Notes under the pieces: generated by a model
Databases searched by the model: none
What the model saw: only the letters and a program-made list of their open reading frames with translations
Told to the model about the DNA's origin: nothing
Source of the DNA: Acidiferrobacteraceae bacterium
GTDB taxonomy: Bacteria > Pseudomonadota > Gammaproteobacteria > Acidiferrobacterales > SZUA-150
Length of the DNA stretch: 64,000 bases
Direction: 5' to 3'
Assembly (NCBI GenBank): GCA_003228915.1
Contig: QIGL01000086.1
Span: forward strand, 22,381 to 86,380
Program-made: the position numbers and the translations under genes
In this document: positions 60,427 through 64,000 of the stretch, one piece after another
Position numbering within the stretch: position 1 is the first letter of the stretch
Layout: the number at the start of each line of letters is the position of its first letter

Positions 60427-60951
60427 TTATTCTGCTAGCGGCCCCACCAGGGACCCTTCGGTAATTTTTAGGTCGTGGGCAACCAAACGCGCAAAAATAC
60501 GGATATCCCGAATAGCCGGATCGTAAATCGTCGGTACAAATCCATCGAGCTTGCTAACGTAACAACGCATAATGCGTTCTTCAAAAGAGATACGCTTGCC
60601 CAGTTTGTTATCGTATCGATCAGAGCTGGCAAAACTATAGGCAATCTCTTCGGGGGTATGACAGCTGCCACAGTTATTGTTTTCAGATTGGGCCGTTTTC
60701 CTGGTGAAACGCCAGGCGAAATCGTAGGTTTTGTAAAATAACCCGTGACCATGACGTATAGCGCGGACAAAATAACCGTCATCGCCAAATCGATTGACGT
60801 TATATTTCTGGCTAAATTCTTGCCATTGTTCATTGAGCCTGGTGTCACCACTACCAGGCAAACTAGCGCCCACTAATATATTGCTCAGAATGACAAATAT
60901 GAGAATAGCTGCCACTTTAATCGACATTGTGATTCTTTCTTTGTTTTTCAT
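60427..60951 (-). CDS. Monoheme c-type cytochrome resembling the Cys-ligated heme domain of TsdA/SoxA
   Basis: Signal/TM segment; AIRHGHGLF, NNCGSCH, RYD.KLGKRISFEERIMRCY. ATG at 60951 preferred over 61029. Confidence 0.68.
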   Translation of the reverse strand: MKNKERITMSIKVAAILIFVILSNILVGASLPGSGDTRLNEQWQEFSQKYNVNRFGDDGYFVRAIRHGHGLFYKTYDFAWRFTRKTAQSENNNCGSCHTPEEIAYSFASSDRYDNKLGKRISFEERIMRCYVSKLDGFVPTIYDPAIRDIRIFARLVAHDLKITEGSLVGPLAE

Positions 60952-61139
60952 GGCTTGTTTTTCTTTCAGCAGGAACCGTTTGCTTAAACCCGGGTAACAG
61001 CTAGTAATAGAGTATGACTGGCAGGGCATTCTATCATTAGCGACCGCTAAAATACATTTGTCATCTTTTTAAAAGAAACCTGCCGCCGCACGGGGATTTG
61101 GTTATAATGCGGGGCCAATTTGACCCGGGAAATCTGAAC

Positions 61140-61310
61140 ATGGTTCGCGTCCTGCTCTCTTTTATAGTTATTTTTATTGTTGCCCTGGCGGCGCTGCTTG
61201 GTTACAGCATGCTGGCCAAATTACCGCGCAATACCAAACTCAAATTTATGATATCTGTCATTATTGCCGTTATCGGCACGGTGGTCATTTTTTTATTAGA
61301 AGTAAATTAA
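61140..61310 (+). CDS. Small two-TM membrane protein
   Basis: 56-aa hydrophobic ORF 20 bp upstream of the SPFH gene. Confidence 0.6.
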   Translation: MVRVLLSFIVIFIVALAALLGYSMLAKLPRNTKLKFMISVIIAVIGTVVIFLLEVN

Positions 61311-61330
61311 CAGTATAACTGGAGAAAAAC

Positions 61331-62110
61331 ATGAAACGTTTACCACTTATTATTGGGCTGGTGTTATTAATCTCGGCCTGCGGTCGAATCGAAACCGGTA
61401 ATGTCGGCGTCCGCACCGCCTGGAATGGCAAGGTGGTTCTGGAAGAAATCACGCCGGGATTTTATACCTCGATTACTTCATCGGTTGAACCGTTCTCTGC
61501 CAAACAAATCACGGTTGAGCTCTTCGACATGAAACCCAAGGCCAAGGATAACCTGTCATTATCCGACATGGACATCGAGATCTATTACACCATTGATTCG
61601 AGCCAATCCGCTGAACTTTCAATCAAGTATGCCAACCGGAATGCCTGGGATCGTAACGTGGGCGTCTGGTATCCGGCTTACAACCTGGTGCGCAGTTTCG
61701 CCCGGGAATCTGCCTACTCTGCCGTGGCAAAATATGACAGCCTGGAAATTCACAAGCATCGCGATACTTTACGAGACGACATCCAGTCAAGCCTGCAAAA
61801 AAAGCTGGACGAGGCTGACGAAAACGTATTTCAGATCAGGAAAGTGGTTGTACGCAATCTTAAAACTGACGCCAGTGTCGAAAATGCGATTAAACTGGCC
61901 GTGGCCAAAAACAAGGAACTGGAAGCCAAGCTCATTGAACTGGACATTGCCAAAAAACAATCACAAATCAACCGGGCCCTGGATGCCTCGTTAACCGATA
62001 AGATTCTTCGGCAGCGAGAGCTGGACGTAATGGAAAAAGCGATTACTGAAGGCGCCAAACCCCTGGTTATTTTTGGTAGTAGTGTGACGCCGTTGATTAA
62101 CATCAAGTAA
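61331..62110 (+). CDS. SPFH / band 7 / prohibitin-family lipoprotein
   Basis: Lipobox ISAC; RIETGNVGVR, AKDNL, coiled-coil C-terminus; RBS GGAG. Confidence 0.85.
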   Translation: MKRLPLIIGLVLLISACGRIETGNVGVRTAWNGKVVLEEITPGFYTSITSSVEPFSAKQITVELFDMKPKAKDNLSLSDMDIEIYYTIDSSQSAELSIKYANRNAWDRNVGVWYPAYNLVRSFARESAYSAVAKYDSLEIHKHRDTLRDDIQSSLQKKLDEADENVFQIRKVVVRNLKTDASVENAIKLAVAKNKELEAKLIELDIAKKQSQINRALDASLTDKILRQRELDVMEKAITEGAKPLVIFGSSVTPLINIK

Positions 62111-62115
62111 GCTAA

Positions 62116-62246
62116 GGAAGTTCTGATCAATATATGTTTGTCATTCCGACCAAAGCGGAGGAATCTTGTCACTTCCTAATACTACAGAAGTTCCGTGGGT
62201 TGAGATCTCTCCACTGCGGTCGAGATGACAATTGATCAGAGCTTCC
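62116..62246. mobile_element. 131-bp MITE/REPIN-like element with nested inverted repeats
   Basis: Outer IR GGAAGTTCTGATCAAT / ATTGATCAGAGCTTCC (15/16). Inner IR TGTCATTCCGACCAAAGCGGAGGAATCT (62139-62166) / AGATCTCTCCACTGCGGTCGAGATGACA (62203-62230). No ORF. Confidence 0.65.
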
Positions 62247-62255
62247 TAGCTACAT

Positions 62256-62299
62256 AAAAAAGCCCGATGACCAGTATAGATATCTGGTATCGGGCTTTT
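62256..62299. terminator. Bidirectional terminator between the SPFH gene and tRNA-Thr
   Basis: AAAAAAGCCCGATGACCAG...CTGGTATCGGGCTTTT. Confidence 0.8.
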
Positions 62300-62320
62300 G
62301 TCTAAATATTTTATTTAATA

Positions 62321-62396
62321 TGGTGCCGGAAAGAGGAGTCGAACCCCCGACCGTCACATTACGAATGTGCTGCTCTACCAACTGAGCTATTCCGGC
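62321..62396 (-). tRNA. thrW: tRNA-Thr(CGT)
   Basis: GCCGGAATAGCTCAGTTGGTAGAGCAGCACATTCGTAATGTGACGGTCGGGGGTTCGACTCCTCTTTCCGGCACCA; 76 nt, CGT anticodon, encoded CCA. Confidence 0.97.
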
Positions 62397-62485
62397 GCGC
62401 TGGGGAGTATACGGATTTTAGGCGCCAAACCATAGCGAGTGATTACTTCGCCGGCAGATTAATTGATTCCTGATTGTTCCCTGAT

Positions 62486-62938
62486 TTATTCCAGGCGCCG
62501 AAGACGCACCACGATATCCACGCCTTCTACTTCTCGACCCGAAGGGGCTGCCGGCAAACCTGAAATTTGTACAGTATCTGCACTAATGTCTGTTAGTTCA
62601 CCTGAGCTCGGATCATACATATGGTAGTGCGGCCGGGTATTGGGATCGTAAAAAACCTTGTTAGGATCGGCAATCACTTCACGCACCAGGCCTTTGCGAG
62701 CAAACAGGCCGAGAGTATTGTAAACCGTTGCCTTGGAAACACTATTTTGGGAAGCACTATTAATCTGGCTGTGACTGCCGTGATTGATCATGGAAAATAT
62801 TTCCTCAGCGGCAAAGTGGTTATGATGAGCAAACAATAGCCGAGCTATTTCGAGCCTCTGACTGGTGGGTTTGATGTCATGGGCCGTCAACAAGTCATTG
62901 AGGGACTCGACAGTATGATTAGGGTTAATGGTTTCCAT
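62486..62938 (-). CDS. Fur-family transcriptional regulator (Irr/PerR-like, no CxxC)
   Basis: TSQRLEI, HNHFAAEEI, SKATVYNTL..F...GLV, PHYHMYD. Confidence 0.88.
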   Translation of the reverse strand: METINPNHTVESLNDLLTAHDIKPTSQRLEIARLLFAHHNHFAAEEIFSMINHGSHSQINSASQNSVSKATVYNTLGLFARKGLVREVIADPNKVFYDPNTRPHYHMYDPSSGELTDISADTVQISGLPAAPSGREVEGVDIVVRLRRLE

Positions 62939-63011
62939 TTAGAATCATTATAAACGTTTGCATCACAACTGACTACCCTGCCCCTCTCACAGACATATCA
63001 GAACAAAATCA

Positions 63012-64000
63012 CTAACTTACACGATCAAGGGCAAATTCTGGTTGGCTGAAGTTTGTTTTTTGGTCCAGCACCAGGGCAGTCATAAACTCTGCGGAGGCAG
63101 GCGCCATTACCAGGCCGTTGCGAAAATGACCTGCACAAACCCATAAATTTTTGATGCCGGGATAAACACCCATATAAGGTATACCCCGTGGCGACCCTGG
63201 GCGCAACCCGGCCCATTGCGCCTCAATATTATACTCGGCCAGTTCAGGCACCATTTCCAGGGCCGTTTTTTGCAAGGATTCGCGGGCCTCGTCAGTGGTA
63301 AATTTATTAAAACCTGCATTTTCCAGGGTACTGCCAACAAGCACCCGTCCGTCGCGCCGGGGAATGAGATAGCGTTTTTTATTAAGGATTATATGGTTTA
63401 CAAGCCCGGGTTTTGCTTTATACAACAACATCTGCCCTGCCACAGGTTCGACGGGAATGCCAAGACCCAGTCCTTTTAGCAATTGTCCTGTCCAGGCCCC
63501 GGCGCAAACAATCACCTGTTCTGCGTTGACATCACCCTGTGTTGTGACTAATTTTTGGAGTTTATTTTTTTGTGAAATTATGCCCAATATTTCCGTATTT
63601 TCACGAAGTTCGCAACTATTTTCCAGAAGATCAGCACGTAAGGCCGATATCAACCGTGGATTTCTAATATGGCCAATATCTGGAAATACCAGGGCTTGTT
63701 TGGTTAGTGTCGTTGCCAGGTTAGGTTCTAATTCAGCCACATGATCCGGCCCGACTACCCGGATTTTAACGCGATTGTGGTCAGCCCAGTCCTGAGCCAT
63801 GCCAGGGTCTGCGACAGATAAAACAAGTAACCCCGTTTGTGTCAACTCGGGGTCAATGCCTGTATTGTTATACAAGGCACGGGTTAAATCGGGGTAAAGG
63901 GTCTGACTGCGTAGTGCCAACTCGGTCACAGATTGTGGGTAACGCCAGGGATACAGTGGTGAAAGTATGCCACCCCCTGCCCACGATGATTCTGCCCCGA
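63012..64000 (-). CDS. thiO: Glycine oxidase ThiO (5' end outside the window)
   Basis: Frame stays open to the window end: ESSWAGGGILSPLYPWRY, RNPRL, CAGAW, YLIPRRDGRVLVGST, WAGLRPG, GHFRNGLVMAPASA. Confidence 0.9.
   Translation of the reverse strand, partial: GAESSWAGGGILSPLYPWRYPQSVTELALRSQTLYPDLTRALYNNTGIDPELTQTGLLVLSVADPGMAQDWADHNRVKIRVVGPDHVAELEPNLATTLTKQALVFPDIGHIRNPRLISALRADLLENSCELRENTEILGIISQKNKLQKLVTTQGDVNAEQVIVCAGAWTGQLLKGLGLGIPVEPVAGQMLLYKAKPGLVNHIILNKKRYLIPRRDGRVLVGSTLENAGFNKFTTDEARESLQKTALEMVPELAEYNIEAQWAGLRPGSPRGIPYMGVYPGIKNLWVCAGHFRNGLVMAPASAEFMTALVLDQKTNFSQPEFALDRVS

Noticed and set aside
62321-62396. tRNA-Thr(CGT) as the attachment site of an island containing the T6SS
   Set aside because: No integrase, and I found no duplicate of the tRNA 3' end elsewhere in the window by eye; a BLASTN self-comparison would settle it.

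Overview
Bacterial chromosomal DNA, most likely from a sulfur-oxidising gammaproteobacterium (inferred from soxYZ, a TsdA-like cytochrome and the housekeeping genes). Left third: partial smc; a QueF-linker-FGGY sugar-kinase fusion; soxYZ; a co-oriented rppH / RND pump / NTT-HEAT transporter / cNMP-domain run; a corrinoid-type ABC uptake cluster with tonB; ampD-ampE. About 21.5-57.7 kb is a type VI secretion locus with all 13 core genes, TagF, an FHA-less TagH-like gene and two effector modules. One module is VgrG / DUF2169 / thiolase-like / PAAR-like / MIX pore-former / beta-propeller lipoprotein; the other is VgrG with C-terminal extension / Tle1-like lipase / two paralogous immunity lipoproteins. 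Right end: an operon of two Cys-ligated c-type cytochromes plus a SulP transporter, an SPFH gene, a small nested inverted-repeat element, tRNA-Thr(CGT), a Fur-family regulator and partial thiO. Several genes carry small frame-breaking lesions (tssC twice, sulP, an ankyrin gene, probably the propeller lipoprotein); these may be real decay or assembly error. The best candidates for novelty are the QueF-kinase fusion, the cytochrome pair + SulP operon, the MIX effector module and the RND + NTT-HEAT + cNMP operon. All family calls come from motif recognition by eye; no searches were run.
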